This document shows positions 1-15,306 of a DNA stretch of 64,000 nucleotides, piece by piece. Under the pieces are notes generated by a model. The model worked only from the letters and a program-made list of their open reading frames with translations. It was not told where the DNA came from and ran no database searches. Each line of letters starts with the position of its first letter. The stretch's first letter is position 1. The position numbers were made by a program, and so were the translations under genes. Origin of the DNA: Chrysomallon squamiferum (lineage: Eukaryota > Animalia > Mollusca); contig CM022671.1 of NCBI GenBank assembly GCA_012295275.1, forward strand, positions 2,542,001 through 2,606,000, written 5' to 3'.

Positions 1-488
1 TATATGCCTGTCTTGGAATGTTATTGAGGTGTTTTAGGGATAAGTACTGGGTTTTATAGCAGATCCAATATATCAAATGAGGCTTTCAGAATCTCTGTTG
101 ATAATAAAAAATACAAATGACAAATTCTGCATATCATTTTATTACATAATTCTTTTGTCTTGCTTTTTAATTACAATATTAATAAACCAAATCCAACATT
201 TGCTTTTAATGGACAAATACATCTTAGCTGCAAACAGTGGTTAAATATCTTCTTTGATTTATACTGTTCTGTTTCTTCAAATTCTAGAAAAAACATTATT
301 TGACTAAAATCCTTGTGAAAATTAGAGAATTAATATTAGGTTTTCTTACATTTATATGTTAATTTAATTTTATAGTTATGTTTTTGTTATTGTTGTTACT
401 ATTATTTAACATTGTTAGTATATGTTTTTGAAAAGTTAGTCATCCCATTTGTATTATATATTAACAAGCTGTGTATATTTGTTGTTAG

Positions 489-3400
489 CAACTGGAACAA
501 GAAAAACATGAACTGCACCTGCGTATTGAAAAGATTGAGACAGAGTATGAGAACATTGTGAAAGAGCTGCAGTATGACATTTCACAACTACGTCAGGAAC
601 TGCACACCAGCAAGATGCAGAGTCTAGTGTCAGAGAGAGAACAGTCACAGATCATTCGTGAACTCACACAGCAGAATGAGAAACTCACTGAACAAGTCAG
701 ACAGGTGAGTAACAACACTTTGTAAATTAAATATGTATCGGTTTTAATATTATAGATACCTTCTGATTCTTGTTGTTATTATTAATTGTTGATCTATTGC
801 ATTAATCATTTCAAATATATTAGAAAATGTTTTTAAAAACAGAAAAAAGAAAATAATTATTTTTAGTTAGAAAGTACTAAAAAAAGATTAGAGTAGCTGG
901 TGAAAAGTCTTTTTTTTAAATATGCTAAAATAAATATATTTGTTTTAGGCTGCTCTTCGTGAAGAACAGCTGGAAAATAAAGTTCACTCAATGCGAAAAC
1001 AGATGTCATCACGACGCACATCAATGCATGAACATGTCAGTCAACTGGCCTTGTTGAGAGAAGAGGTAACAATGATCTTTTTCTTGCATATTCTAACAAT
1101 GGTACATTGTTTTCAAATTAAAGTTTGTTTTAGTATATAGAGATACAGAAAGAAATAATGGAGAATGAAACCAGTAATAGAACACAAGATGCAAAAAGTG
1201 AAAGTAAAAAATAAGAGTGAAAACAACAATAGAAAAATAATACAGACAAATGGAAAAAAGATACTGAGAGCAAAATACAAGAAGAAATAAAAGGAGAGAG
1301 TAAAGGAGATGACATAGAAAGTATTAGATTCGGATAATTAGGGATGGAGAAGCAGAATTCAACAAGAAGAATAGAGACACCAGTGTACAGAAAAAGGAGT
1401 CAGGGAAGTAGATAGATAAATAAATATATATTTACAGAGAAAAAAGTTACAGTGATGGTTTATAATTTAGTATCTCAGTCTATTTCCACTGTATTGCAGG
1501 TACAGATGTTGAACAACAAGAAGGTGGAGTTAGAACGTCGTATAGCAGTGTTGTCAGAGGAAAAAGAAAGTTTCGCTACAAGCCTTGAAGAGTCACAGGA
1601 ACGAATCATGAAACTGGAAAGACAGAGACAGGAGAAAGATCAGGCTGTTAGTATTTTTCATTTTTTTTTTTTTTTTTTTTTTTTGGTTTTTTAATAAAAC
1701 TTAATTTGATTATTTTACAGGTACAAATTCTTTGTGTTTTAAGAATTTGGACTTTTGTCTGCCTATGAATTTGTTTTCACAAATTTTATAATTCTGAATG
1801 AAAATGACTAATTACACATAATAACAGACTGTTTATTTAATGGTATGTTGTATAATTATATATAATAGATTATCTATTTATAAATATATTATATAACTGT
1901 ATAATGACAAATTATTTGCCCAATAATACGTTGGTATAATTATATATAGCATATTGTCTGTTTAAGAATGTTGATATAATAACATGTAACAAACTGTCTG
2001 ATAATGTTGTTTTACATACATATATATAACAAATTATCTAATACCTTGGTAAGAATATAAACAATCACAAACTGTCTGTCTAGTAATGTGATTGAATATA
2101 TTAAAACAGATAATGAAACAAGGAGGTGAGATAGCAGAGCTGCAGGAAGCTAATGCTTTGCTGCAGGCAGAGATTGACAGTCTGTTTGACAAACAGTCCA
2201 GTCTCAGCTACTCACAGTCAGGTCAGGCTGCGTCCAGCAACACAAACCCTGAAGACCAGCCTCAGACTTTGTTCAGTGAACTCACTCAGCTCTCAGGAAT
2301 GACAATGTCCACAGAGAATGCCAAAGAACTTGGGGTGAGTGTAAAGTATGTGTGTGTGTGTTAATATCTGTTATTAAAAGTTTGAGATGTAATTAATTAA
2401 ATTACCAAAGTTGAAAGTTATGAAATAGTATTATTATATTTACTGTTCTTTGTTTATGTCACTGTTTTAATTTTTCAGATTTCAGATTTAATGGGATTTT
2501 TAGTCATATAAAATATTGTGGATTTCTGGTGTCCTAGTTTTTATTTTTCCTATGTATCAGTGGTTCATCTTATGTCACACTGTTTTATCTTGCTTCAGTT
2601 AAGCCGCTGGTCAAGGACATACCAGATGTTTGAGGAGGAGGAGGACTTTGAGTGTGATGATGATGATGATCAATTTTCTATTCCACTCGGCAAGCTGGCC
2701 TCATCATCCATGATCACTGAGACAGAGTTTATCTCTGAGTTCCAGCAGGCTGCTCAGAAACATTTTGATTCAGAGGAAGAAATCCAGGTAGCATTCCTCA
2801 CAGTACACTAAAATGTTACTCCATATATTATTTAACTATAACACTTAAAAATGTTTTTTTTTATATGTGCCAGTGAATGCAATGTTTTTAATATTTTACA
2901 ATTCCTAAAATAGTTTTTCATATAACAAGGAATCATCAACCTTTGTAAATGGATAATTATTTTATTAGTCTGGATACATGTAATATTTTGTTTTATTTTG
3001 TTTATATATTCAGTTACAAACTGTTTTTATAAAACTTTCCGTAATATTTTACAGTAATCATGTATATTTGTTAAATATCTTTCTATGTGTTGTATAATGG
3101 CTGATGCACTTAAAATTACTACATCTATTGCATAATATCCCTTTTATTATTAAGTACTGGTTTTCTTACAGTACTTTAATATTTTATTGCTGGGATAATA
3201 AAAAAAAGCGTTAATAATCTGTTACAGATGAAAGATGAGGTGATGTATGTGTACAAACACCTCAAGAAAATGATCCGCACAATCAAAGGTCAGAGTACAG
3301 GCTCCATTGACTCAATAGATGAGGAGAGTGCTGACAAGGGAGCTAAGACCGGCCAACTAAAATCAACATTTACTGAACTGCAGCACCTCATGGAGGACGT

Positions 3401-6400
3401 TATTATATCAAATATGGTGAGGAATATCAGAAATAACCCAGATACCTAAGAAATGTTTTAATGGCTACTGTTGTTAGATATTATTGATAGTTTACATTTT
3501 GGGTTCTTGTTTTTCGATGGGAATTATTCTCTTAAATTTGACTGTTATTCCAGTGTATAATTACATAATACATGGTTACATAAATGAGACATCACTGCAT
3601 TTACATATTTGATAACTAGAACATGGTCACTTGAATATAACAAAATTTACTGATATATTTCACTCGGTTTTTTTTTTCATAAATGATAAGTTCCAAAACA
3701 TGGCAATGTTACAATGACAGAAATGACCTGATATATTTTTCTTGTGACACACATCATTATGATGACGTATTACCCATTGATGTATTTCAGACAGCAGAAC
3801 CAGCTGAAGTTGATGAATCCTCATTTTTCTCGATGGAGATGATGCAGAAGAACATTAATGAGTTGGAAATGGAGCTGGATATGACACAGCGCCACCTGCA
3901 GCATGTGAAGGCAGAGATGTCACTGCGCGAGGAACAGATGCAGGAAAAAGATGCAGAATTTATGACTATGGTAGAAAAGGTACAGGTAGATAATCTTTCC
4001 CTGTTTAAAAATACATCTTTATTACAGAAATAAATCAAATTCATGTTTGAAATTTATTCCAGTCATTTGTTTAAAGACATTTATTAATTTGATAATTCTA
4101 CATGAAGGACATTTCCCAAAATATAAACAACTAGATCTACTTGTCATGGATGTCTGCACTTCAGCAGCATCTGGCAACATAGATTTTTATTACAACAAAA
4201 AGTTTCTGGTCAGTTTGTAACTTCCTTCTCTTATTTGATAAATATACACCAAATTTATCATCCAGATAGTGAAATTCATGTTGTTACTTTGCAAGTGTTA
4301 AATTGAAATTGATAGTAATTTGTTGTTTAAGTACATTCTATACTGAATATTTGTATTGTAAATTAAATGTATATATATAGACATGTATAGATTTGGGACC
4401 TGGAGCTTTGGTGATGGGCCTAGGGACTTCTCAAAGGCAGCACTTTGGGGGTTTTGTGAATACTGATAGAAAAGATTTGGTTGTAGATATTTTTTCTGTG
4501 TGATTGGAATATCAATTGCTGTAAACATGATACTATAGATAAACTGTTTAAAGTGTCAGGTGATGTGGTGTTTAAATACATTTCTGTATTTCATTTTAAA
4601 AATTGTTTTAATTGTTTATAGAGTCCAGTCTTAGTTAATAATAAAGCATTACTACAGTTAAACAATTTAACAGCAATTCAAAAAAGCTCTCATTTTAGAT
4701 TTCTCTCTTTGGTACTTACAAAACAGGAAAATAATAACAATAATTTGAGAAAATAATAAACAAAAATTAGAAAAAAAAAGCAAATCTTGGTAAACAGATG
4801 ATTCTTGTTTCTTTTGCTATATATATACAATGTTTGGATCATTAGTATCAAACATGGATTTTTTTTTCTTGTTTTATATAAGTTATGACAGTTTATGCTC
4901 AGTGAAACCAGTAATTAATATAGAAAAGTCTCTGTTGTATTATTTATATAAACATAGTTAGTTAGTGAAAATAGTTTGATGACCAGCGATACATACAAGT
5001 GATTTGTTTTATAGCTGGCATATGCTGAGGTAAGACATGTAGCTGTTTTTCTGTAAATCAGCTTTTTTCTTTTTAAATACCAGTGTTGCTGCATGTTTCT
5101 ATCTATCTGTCTATATATATATATACATATTATTTGTCATAATTATTTTTATTGTTATTGACATTATTATTGTTTTACTATATATTTGTGTTTTTATCAC
5201 AGCTAAACAATTATTTATTATGAATGTTTATTGTTTAGTTATTTGCTGAACTGTCTGTGCATAGCATAAAATTACACTTTTAGTTTGTTTAAACATTTGG
5301 TTAATTTGTCTGATAATGTTTTTTTTAGATAAAGCATGAATATTTGATTTTAAACAAAAAAACAAAACCAACAACAAAATGTGTTAATTCCTCTTATTCA
5401 TTTTGTAATAATAAAATTGACAAAATAATAAAAAGATAATTCTTTGTTGTTAACTATAATAAAATGATAGATTGAAAAATAAGGTCAGTTGTAAAAATAT
5501 TTTTCATTTTGTCTGGCCAGGTTGTTTAATTTAGTATAAATTAATAAACGAAATGAACAAAAACATTCAAAAAAAAAAATATATATATGTTTCTTGCTCT
5601 GTGTGTTATAGTCATGTTGATTGGTTTCACATTTTCAAATAGATTTCTTTTTTCATTAAATTGTTGTTTTATTTATTTTTTATTATTATATAAAAAATTA
5701 TTGGTTGTTGTTTGTTTGGTATTCAATTTAAAAATAAAAATAAAACTGCAAATAATTGATATGCATTTCTATTTTACTCTCAGTTTTTCAAGATTAAAAT
5801 TTTAAATTAATATTAACATACATATGTATCTGAGAGTGACAACTGCACAATCACAAGATGGAAAGTAAAGTATGTAATAAGGTATAATGTTTATAGTTAC
5901 AAAATCAGTGTATAGCATTTAACTTGAATGACAGAATACAGATAAATAATACATTAACATTTTACACAGCTGCAAAATTAACACATGAAATTTAACTTAA
6001 GTTGAAGGTTATGGATGTATAATAATTTTGTTATTTTTCATTCACAGCTACAAAATCAACAGGAGAAGTTTCTTCAGCTGCAGGCAGAAAGGGATCAGCT
6101 TCTTAATAGCACATATGCAGATATTGCCAAAGATGAAATACTTGCACAGACAAGGAAAGATCGTGACCAAGCCATTGAGAGGTAAAACAAAGTTTTCCAA
6201 AAACAGTTTATGTTGTTTACATATATGTATAGGTAATGTAAAAGTAAATGGTTTCAAAAATAAGAATTATGTTTTTGAGGAAATAAGTTTATTGATGATA
6301 TGAATAAAAATTATTTATGACTGAAATAAAGAATCCATATTATGTGGTTTCCTTTTTTTTTTTTTTTTTTTTTTTTCTTGTTGTTACATTATATTTTCAG

Positions 6401-7329
6401 TGAACTTTGTATCAGTTTTATGTGACATAGTAACATGAATATTGTCTGGTCAGCTATTTGTGTTATATTTTGTTGCATTAAAGTGATCATTCTGGTGTTT
6501 GCTTCTTGATAAGCGTTTTCAAAACAGCTTGGTGAATCTCTATACAAATTAATGAAGGAGTCTGCTATAAAACAAATATGAACTTAACTTTGTTTAGTTG
6601 ATCTTTTTTATTGCCTGTGATGCTTGTATTAATTTTATGTATCCTGTTTAGTTATGTCCACAATGAATCTTTTAGATATGTGTGTGTGTGTTAGTGTGTG
6701 AGAGAAATAGAGTTCCACATGTTCAACCCAGAAGTCAAGATAAAATGTTTATAGTAGAAATCAGTTTCATTAGAAATATCTTGGTTTTTGTTGAGAACAG
6801 AGGTCATCAGCTGGAGATGGAGCTAGCAAAGGCTAAACAAGACTTGATGGCTCTCAACTCTCAGCTGGTGGGAACAATGCACCAGAAAAACTACAAGTCA
6901 GAGCAAGTTCACAAGTGGAAGGTTAGTTACATCTTGTCTGCAGAATGATTGTATGGATGCATGGTTGTGCAGGATGGTGTTTTAGTGAGTATTCATGAAA
7001 AACAATTCAAAGCACCACATTTTTATGAATCTACTCTTTCAAGTCAAACCCACTTAATGCATTGCTTATACAATGTAATGTTCATTAGTTCATTCTCCAA
7101 ACCAGTTCATATTGGTTGAAAAATGCATGACAGTCATAGAAAAATGTTGAAATGATATCAAAGTAACAGGTGTTTGTTTTGTTAGGAGAACATGCAGGAT
7201 GTGTTGCAGTATCAGATGCACAATCGACTGCGACACAACAAGCACAAAACAAAGAGAGATGACCGCAGTCAGGATGAGATGAAGAAATCCAAATCTGCTT
7301 CATCACTTCCAAGCAGCAGAAAGACGTGA
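489..7329 (+). CDS. BICDL1: BICD-related coiled-coil cargo adaptor (BICDL1/CCDC64-like); 5' exons lie upstream of the window
   Basis: Phase-consistent GT-AG exons: 489-704, 949-1065, 1500-1646, 2110-2334, 2599-2787, 3228-3416, 3791-3979, (candidate microexon 5015-5029), 6048-6181, 6801-6921, 7186-7329 (TGA). Peptides QLEQEKHELHLRIE...QSQIIRELTQQNEKL and RDQAIER-GHQLEMELAKAKQDLMALNSQL...HKWKENMQDVL resemble the BICDL1 N-terminal coiled coil and C-terminal Rab-binding region as I recall them. Confidence 0.85.
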
Positions 7330-10300
7330 CATCATCGCTTCTTGCTTTCCTTAGCATTACATCATCAGTTTGTGTGGTCATGATAAATTAACATGAACAT
7401 AATTGTACGTATTCATGACAAGTAAAATCTCGTGTCAAGAGAGGAGAGTGTGTCTACTATTCTACCAATGTTGTTATTTATTCTAGCAATATTTATTAGT
7501 TATTAAGGTGATAATAACAGTTAATGAGACATTGTTATGATTATTCCTGTTATATTTAACTACTGCAGTTTGTTTGTATGTGAGTGTTGTGTCTGTGTTG
7601 TGCACAAATTTATTATTTATCATTATCACCCTCAGCACGTATTCATATTTAAATTATAACAAACACAGTCTAAATTAAATAGTATTTTTCTTTAACACTG
7701 AAATTTTTCATTCTTCAAAAATTACATATAAGTGATTTTAGTTTTTAAATATGTAGAATTTTATAATTATTTTAAAATGCACTATATTTATTGTCCAAAT
7801 TAAAAAAATGTATTTATCTTCTTTAAGAATGTCTTTTAGATAATGAAACATTTTTGTAAAGGCTTTGATGTGAAGTCTCTATTTTGTTGATAAATAATTC
7901 TGATAATTACAAATATTATTCTAGGTAATTTGTTTAGTTATTCCTAGTGCTAAAATGATTTAATCAGGTGCTTCGAAAAACTCAGACCTTATTATAATAG
8001 CTGTAATTGTTAAATGTATAATAATAAAGAAACCTAACTGCTTTAGCTTGTTATATATTCACTTTTTCTACATCTTTTCATCATCAGACAAATATGTGAA
8101 ACAAGTAAGTGTATGCACTGCAGATATTCATTGATCACCATGGTGATGATGAAACAATGTAAAATAGTGCTAACTCAAGATATACACTTTGCAAATGTGT
8201 TATTTCAGCACTAATATATTGTAAATAAATAGAATAATCTTAAACACCAGTATTTTGGGATAATTTTGATTTTGATATTATTTAGATTCTATATAAAAAT
8301 GATTTCTTAGAAGGCTGTTGCTGGGTAAGCATAAAGATAAATACAAAGCCCATATTACAGAGATGACATTATAATAATATGCTGTAAAGGTTTATTATTA
8401 TATATTATTTTGTGAATTATTTATTTTTAAAAAAGGATAAATTTATGATATTTTATTTCCTCTTATTAAATAATAGACTTACATTTTTAGAGATAATTTT
8501 ATAATTATACTGGAAAAATGTGTCATTTGTTATTTGTGCTAGTCTAACATTTATTTTGTTATGTTTTTAATTTACATTTTGTGTTGATGTGTTATTTTAT
8601 TTTATTTTCTAGTCACGTTAAAGCTGTGCTGACAATTATATAAATGTGGCTGATTTCTGAAAAGAGTGAACTAAGTAATGAAGAAAATTGTAGATTCTGT
8701 TCAGGCTATTTTTATTCTGTTTTTGGCATCTTATAACTTGCAATATAATTAATATATGATTAATTAATTAGAAAACATTAATAAAATGTATGGCCCAAAA
8801 CATTGAAATGGCATTCCACTTGTTGATTTGAAAATGTCACAACATTCTTTTCTTTTTCTTAAAAAGTGAACAGACCAAAGGTTTAGAAAAATGTGAGAAA
8901 AAGAAATATATCTTTAAGTACCTTTGTTAGAATCAGTCACAAATATGGTGCAATATTTACATGTTTAGATAAATTCATGTTTTTAGTTTTGTATATGTTT
9001 ATATTTTTCAGTTACAATTTATGTAGACCTCAATTTCTTTATCAGGCTAGTTTGGACTGGAAAAAAAATGTTAAAAAAAACTTTGTGGTTACATTAGAAA
9101 GATTTTTTTGGTGATTCTATTCACATTTGTTTTTCTTGAACTTGTATCTAGTTATTATATACTATAATTGTTTTAATTTATACTGATTAATGCATACCTG
9201 TCAACCTACACTGTTTTCTACATTTAAAGTGCTTTTCAACAAAACTGTTTTGTTTTAAATTTCAAGCAATGAAAAGAAGTAAAATTAAATTTTAAAAATA
9301 GGGGAAAAGGAAAGAAAATGAAATGAAATGTTATAATTTATTTATTTATTTGATTTTAATTTTTTTGTTTTTCAAATTTATTTTATTCTACATATTTTTT
9401 TTAATCTAAGGAATTAGTCCAGTTATTTTCATTATGTTGACAGGTTTTGCTAGTATAATTTAAAAATGATATAAAAACGTTACACTGTTACATGTTACAT
9501 GTTTCAGTCTATATACCTCATTTAATAAATTAAAAACCAACAAAACAACATTTTATAATCAAATTAATATCTATAACATTACTTCATCTATTGTTTGTTC
9601 CATTCCAGTAATGTGCATCATTCCACTATACAAACATTCCAGATGTATGCACTTTGTTTTTTCATTGTTATTTAGTGAATTAATTAAGCTTGTTTTATCT
9701 CTTACGTAAATGTTACTGTTCACGTCAGACTAGACTAATGTTTCTCAAATGGTGTTCCATGCAGCACTGATGTATCCCCATAACAACAATTACTTTTGGG
9801 GGTAAAAAGAAGTATCCTGAAAAATTTAATAAAGGTTTGATATTTTGAAAACTTTTAAGCATTTCTTTTTGCATGCAGTGGTGGAAAACATAACATTAAA
9901 AGTGTGAAAGGTAACAAAACCAAGAAATTAGATGAGAAAACTGGGTAAACAGAGCTCACTGGAGTTCAGCGGTAACTTTTAACAGCTTCAAATATGTAAT
10001 GCATCAAAATGTTTGAGAAACATTGGACAGTTCTTTGTGCACTTTGATACATGATAGTATTGTGTTTTGCTCTTTGCTTGTAAAAAATGTTTGATATTAC
10101 ATAGTGAAACTTTAAACTAAACCTTGAATGTGTTTTATTTATTTCGATTAATTATGGTGTTGGGTAATTTTGGTTTGAAGAACTTGTAAAGAAAATAATG
10201 GTTCTTATAAAATAATTAACTTTATTTCTTTGATAAATTTTACATTTTAGTAGTCAACATAAATTACCACTTTTATATGATTTTTATTTTTGTTGGTTCT

Positions 10301-10602
10301 TATTTATTTTTTGTTTTATCCTCTGGAAAAATTCCAGTTTTACAAATTGTTAAATTCATCTTTCTTGATGTGTTTTTTGTTTTATTGGTAATGAATGAAA
10401 CTTGTTTTCTGCTAACCCACAAAAAAATGTGCATACTCAGACATACACATAAGTGTAAAGTTTTCGTTTACCCAAAATAAAATTGGTAATTATTTCAAAA
10501 ATCCAGATTTGATATGGTATATTGACTACAAATGTTGATATGTATAGACGTTTGCTATTTATTATTTTATTCAAACAAATCTTTGTTTTGCATTTTACTT
10601 AA

Positions 10603-10960
10603 AGTGTACCTATGACAATACAAAGAAATAGTTTAAATGTATTTTGCATACTTATTTGGGTGTTGCCATCCAGTTTCAGTAATGAAATATAACACAAAAG
10701 AGTACAGGTAAAAAGTATCTATGTTTTTTTTCCACAGTGGTGACATTATGGTCAGAGTACACCTGCTTGCTCTGCTTTCTTCTGGCACTGAATGAAAAAA
10801 CATACAGCTAAATGTGATTTTATTACTCCAGCTGTATTGGAAAAAAGTTTTGTAACAATATTTTTCTATTGTCATAGTATATTATTAGTAATTATAGATC
10901 ACTCAAACCAAATAAAATAATAGTGTATAAATAATTGATTCATATTGCCATCGGTACACT
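10603..10960. mobile_element. Non-autonomous DNA transposon (MITE), Kolobok-like
   Basis: 18-bp terminal inverted repeats matching at 16/18 (agtgtacctatgacaata / tattgccatcggtacact), TTAA on both sides (10599-10602, 10961-10964). TTAA target site with purine-purine termini is the Kolobok pattern. Confidence 0.7.
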
Positions 10961-11780
10961 TTAAGACACTTTGCAGGTGGTTCAAGACCTTTGATATTCA
11001 AGTGGGTGGCATTTGGTTAAGGATATTTAATTATGATGTTTTTAACATGGACAGTTTTAATTACCATTTAAGGAGGGGCTGATCAGTAAATCCCTTTAAT
11101 GTGGAAAATGATTTTAACTATTTAAATATAAAATGTATTCATCATTGGTAACGATTTCATTATTATTTGTTATGGGGAATAATTATGGATGGTGCTAAAC
11201 CTTTTGATAAAAAGAAATAGGTTTAGTTATTATCATTAAGAATAATGGGTTGTGTGTGTTTTTTGTTAATATAAATATTTATCATGAAAAAAACTAACTC
11301 CAAGTATTAATGAAACATAATGGTAACAGAATTAACAGTATTAAAAACAATCTCAAAACATAATGACAGCTGATTTATATGGTTTGATTTAGTTCATGGA
11401 ATTTCTTACACTTTTTTGATACATCTTTATTTTGGTGCTTTCTTAAACTTTTTAGTTTTGATCTGAAATAATGTATTTTGTAAATCTTTTCATTTGAAAT
11501 ATTTATTGTGTTTATCTGGATGATTATTATGATCAAAATCAAGTGCTATATAAAAATCTACACTTTGTAAAGTAGACCTTATTTATGTTTATTGGTTTTA
11601 TCCTCCCATTTTGAAGATATATAAAATCTACATTTGTTACAAAGTAGAAACAAAATTGACGTTACCCTCAGTTTATATTTTTCCTACTGATTGGGAGGTC
11701 GTCATATAATTTTTATATTTTGTCGATATAATTTTTAAATTTTTTATTCATTTATTTTTTGTTGTTATTAGTTTTAATTT

Positions 11781-11829
<49 letters not shown>

Positions 11830-14800
11830 TTAATCATCTTTTTATTCATTTTTTTTTTTTTTTTTTTTTTTTTTAATGAAATTTTAATATTTTAAAATGT
11901 TAGCTATTAATTGATGGAATATTTTGTAATTCACTGAACACTCCAAATACCAAGAATTATAATCGTATTTATTTTTGCAGATTCCTTTATTATTTGGAAA
12001 AGTTTCTCCCAGCAATTGATAAATTACAAATGCATATGGAAAGTGGATGAAAGGAACATGTCAGTATCATTGGTGTAGGATCTAACTTTACAAGACAATA
12101 TATAAATTAAAACAATTAGTATTATGTCTGTGACATCAATGTTATGCTGAAGCAGATATCAGAAATAACAAATTCTCTCTATTGCACTGTTAACTTTCTG
12201 CCACAATTAGGCGTATTGTAGCTGCTCATTGACTTGATCTCAGTTTTATTCTTGCTTATATTTTTATTGAACTTTTACTTCTTGCTCAGAAATCAAAAAT
12301 TCCACAAAGACCAAAACATAGTGGAGAGTAATATTTTTTTTAATTTCTGTTTGTAAGCCTTAACATAGTTTTAATAAATAATATAAATAAATAAATAAAT
12401 AAAAATAACTAAATGTGATTATTTTATCAGAATGAAATATCATAATTTTTGGCAAATACAACATGTGAAGTAACTTCATTTTGACTGTGTAATTACCATT
12501 AATTTTTGTTTTGCCTCCATTATTGCTCTAAGGCTACCAACAAACTGAGTGCATGTTTAAAAATCAAATATAAATATTAAATCCATTTTGTTAAATATAA
12601 ATCTTTTCTTTTGTTTTTTTAGCTCTTGAATGTTCTGTTTAATTATGTATTGGCCTGTTACATTTTTGTTTGTTAGGGTTTTTGTTTCGGGGGGGGTGTT
12701 GGGGTTTTTTGTTGTTGTTTTTTGCACTATATTAAACCAGTTTATTATAGATATGTCGGTTTATTAAAGTGTCATTTGTTTTGGACAGAGGCGGAATTGT
12801 CCAGGTGTTTTGTTATTTTTCTCTTAAATATATTTTATTTATTTATTTGTTATTGTGCTATATTTCACTTCAACTTTGACAGTGTTTCTTTTAGCTATAT
12901 ATATTGTGTATTTTAGTGTTGTGTTAAAAACAGAACGATGTGAAGAGAGAGGTCAAATAAATAGAAAAGGTCACTTCGTGGTTTGTTATTTTTCACAAAA
13001 CTTATTTTAATAATAATAATAATAATTACCTTTATTGTTGTACATATATATGCATCACCTTTCACCATAATTTTCATGTTACCATCGGTTCTTCAATTGG
13101 ATAAAACTTACAATCAAGGTACAAATGACAGGCGCAATATTTTAAACTTGTTTTAAATTACCTGTCCATATTACATAAAACAGCTAGAAGTCTAATTATT
13201 TTCATTGCTATTTTATCCAGCTAAATAAATTCGCGAAAAGGTTTGGTGTGCATACATCACATCATTCCAGACGTCTGCATCTCAAGGAAAACCACAGCCG
13301 GATCGTTGGCCAATGCCCAAGAAACAAATTCTGCATTCGCGTCTAATAACAGGTTTTAAACTAGATACACACGATCAGTTTCATGAGAAAGGAAAAATAA
13401 ATTAATTAATAAACAGTGTATGCTTGTCAAAACATTTATTTGTTTCACGTCAATTTTGCTCTCCGTGTTTTAGCCGGTGATGACACTTGCGTCACATGGT
13501 CCTTGATGCAGAATTTTTACTTGATCTGTAAGACCGGACCTGTGAAAACAGAGGGCGGAAAAGTCCGAGTTACTAAATAATGTTTAACGATACTTCAATA
13601 CAATTTATTATTGAAAATTACTAAATATCATCTATTCATTAATCTTCATTATCGTGTATTGGTGATAAAAGGAAAAAGCCGATGTCGTCATGTAAAGGGC
13701 TAGACGTCGATCATCAGCAAAATATATTTTACCAAATTTTATGTTGTTTACTGTTGTACGTTTTAATAATATAGTAATCTAGCAACTGTATGTTGATGTA
13801 TGTAAATTTTAGTAACAATGTAGAAGTTACAACTGCATATGTTACTCATACTGCAAGTTTTGGTAACGTGTGATAAAACCCTGCATTTAATATGAATGAA
13901 AAAATGAATGAAAAAAATTAACGTGCTAATCAGAGCTAGCTAGCTGTTGTGAAGCACGTTATTTAATAACCATATTATGCCTAATATCCTATTTAACATG
14001 AATTTAATAACATCTCTCTCTGCATGTATTAACTGTATATATTTATGACTATCAGGTTTTCTAATCAATAATACGACTAATTGTTCTACATACACACAAA
14101 GCTGCCCCTTCATCATGCACTCATTACTGTAGGTCACGTGATCGGTTCCGCAGACAGGTGCGTATATTTTAGGACAAATGAAATTACAGTGTAGCTTTGC
14201 AGTTTCGAAAGAACCAACAGCTGTGAAAAAAAAAAAAAAAAAAAAATATTTTTTACTGTTTTAAGTGTCTTTAAAGATTCTAAAGAAAATTATTTCAAAA
14301 TACACCGGCTATGCGTTTAGGGCTCCACTGAAACTCTGACACAATAAATTGTTAATAGAGGGGGAAATCTATTACGAAATTGTTTGATTTTGTTTAATTG
14401 TGGCTTTATTTTTTTTTTTTTTTTTGATAATTTATATGACCAAATTCGTTGTGTTGTCTTAGCGAGAAAGCTTTGCTAAGAATAATTATTTTGAGTTAAA
14501 ATCAAATTATTACCTGTAACAAGAAGACAGAGAACAAGTGAAAGCTTCATATTGTCAAAACGTAAACTTGGCTAATAAACTATAATTCTGATAACAAATG
14601 TAAAAGGTGCCTTATCTTCATGTTTCAATAACACCTGCTTTTTACCAGATAATATTTATTTATCAATGAAAAACAGTTATTATTTCACATGCACAGTGCA
14701 ACCTTTCATAAAATATTCATTTATCTTAAGATGCATTGTTAGCTGAGTAATAAGACCTATATTTTTATTCTTTATTTTATATTTAGTTACTTATTTTATT

Positions 14801-14858
14801 TTCCTTTTTTATTTATTTTTTTATTTTTATTTTTATTATTATTATTTATTTATTTTTA

Positions 14859-14909
<51 letters not shown>

Positions 14910-15306
14910 AATTTAAAATTTACAAAACATATTAAAATGCTAAAAGAAAATTACATGCATTAAAATTAACAAAACGATTAAATCACTTGGAGTAAAAAAA
15001 AATAATAATAATAAATAAATAAATTATAATTAAATAATTACAAAACTCAGTTTCGCCCGAATTCAATTCAAGGGAAACAACTCTAACAATGTGTCCAATA
15101 AAATTCCTGGATGTAAATAAAACCTTGTACCTGCAAACATTGAAAACGAGATTTAAAAGATTTTTATATATTCTCTTCCGAATAAACGACGACATTCTAA
15201 ATTTTAAAAATGTTTAGCAATATTTATTTCTTTAAAAAATTACAGTTTTTGACGATGTACAGAAAGCATTCATAGATTTGATATTAATTTAAAAAAAGAT
15301 TAAATC

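Noticed and set aside
13221-13360. Possible exon after ttttatccag (LNKFAKRFGVHTSHH...)
   Set aside because: Two frames are open, there is no homology or partner exon, and it more likely belongs to the CpG-richer promoter region upstream of the NEK4-like gene.
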